Virus record (IMG/VR): IMGVR_UViG_2648501839_000011
DNA length: 6,771 nt
Strand: one strand, 5' to 3'
Source: a virus
Taxonomy: Duplodnaviria; Heunggongvirae; Uroviricota; Caudoviricetes
Part shown: in pieces, positions 6,722 through 6,771 of the stretch
Numbering within the stretch: position 1 is the stretch's first letter
Layout: each line of letters begins with the position of its first letter
Program-made: the position numbers and the translations under genes
The notes under the pieces: model-generated
Database searches by the model: none
The model's input: the letters and a program-made list of their open reading frames with translations, nothing else
Told to the model about the DNA's origin: nothing

Positions 6722-6771
6722 TTAAACGATGCTGATTGCCGTTCCGGCAAACGCGGTCCGTTTTTTCGTCT
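6722..6771 (-). CDS. D: Head decoration protein D, 3' end only (last 16 codons plus stop); the gene begins beyond the window end
   Basis: Minus-strand translation of 6771..6725 reads ...TKKRTAFAGTAISIV then TAA at 6724..6722, matching the C-terminus of lambda gpD as I recall it. Position immediately upstream of E fits lambda gene order. Confidence 0.8.
   Translation of the reverse strand, partial: TKKRTAFAGTAISIV

Noticed and set aside
1-6771. Possibility of a hidden defence system, toxin-antitoxin pair, moron or other cargo inserted in this module
   Set aside because: All gene junctions are 0-41 nt or overlapping and are accounted for by SD sequences and two RNA hairpins. No unassigned coding capacity, no tRNA or CRISPR repeats, and no inverted-repeat termini of an insertion element were seen.

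Overview
This window is a contiguous block of the late (virion morphogenesis) operon of a lambda-like siphovirus or prophage, all encoded on the minus strand, and I see no evidence of a novel or undescribed system. Gene order by decreasing coordinate is D (3' end only), E (major capsid), FI, FII, Z, U, V (major tail tube), G and the G-T frameshift fusion, then the N-terminal ~745 codons of H (tape measure), which runs off the window at position 1. Calls rest on the translated ORFs matching lambda proteins as I recall them, and on start codons, ribosome-binding sites and stop codons that I read directly from the sequence. No database search was run, so similarity statements are from memory and not quantified. 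Gene junctions are tight (0-41 nt, or overlapping), leaving no room for an inserted cargo gene, and the plus-strand ORFs in the track are antisense artefacts inside these genes. The points worth a second look are the G-T programmed -1 frameshift, which appears to use an A_AAA_AAG heptamer, two intergenic RNA hairpins (D-E and E-FI), and uneven divergence from lambda across the module.
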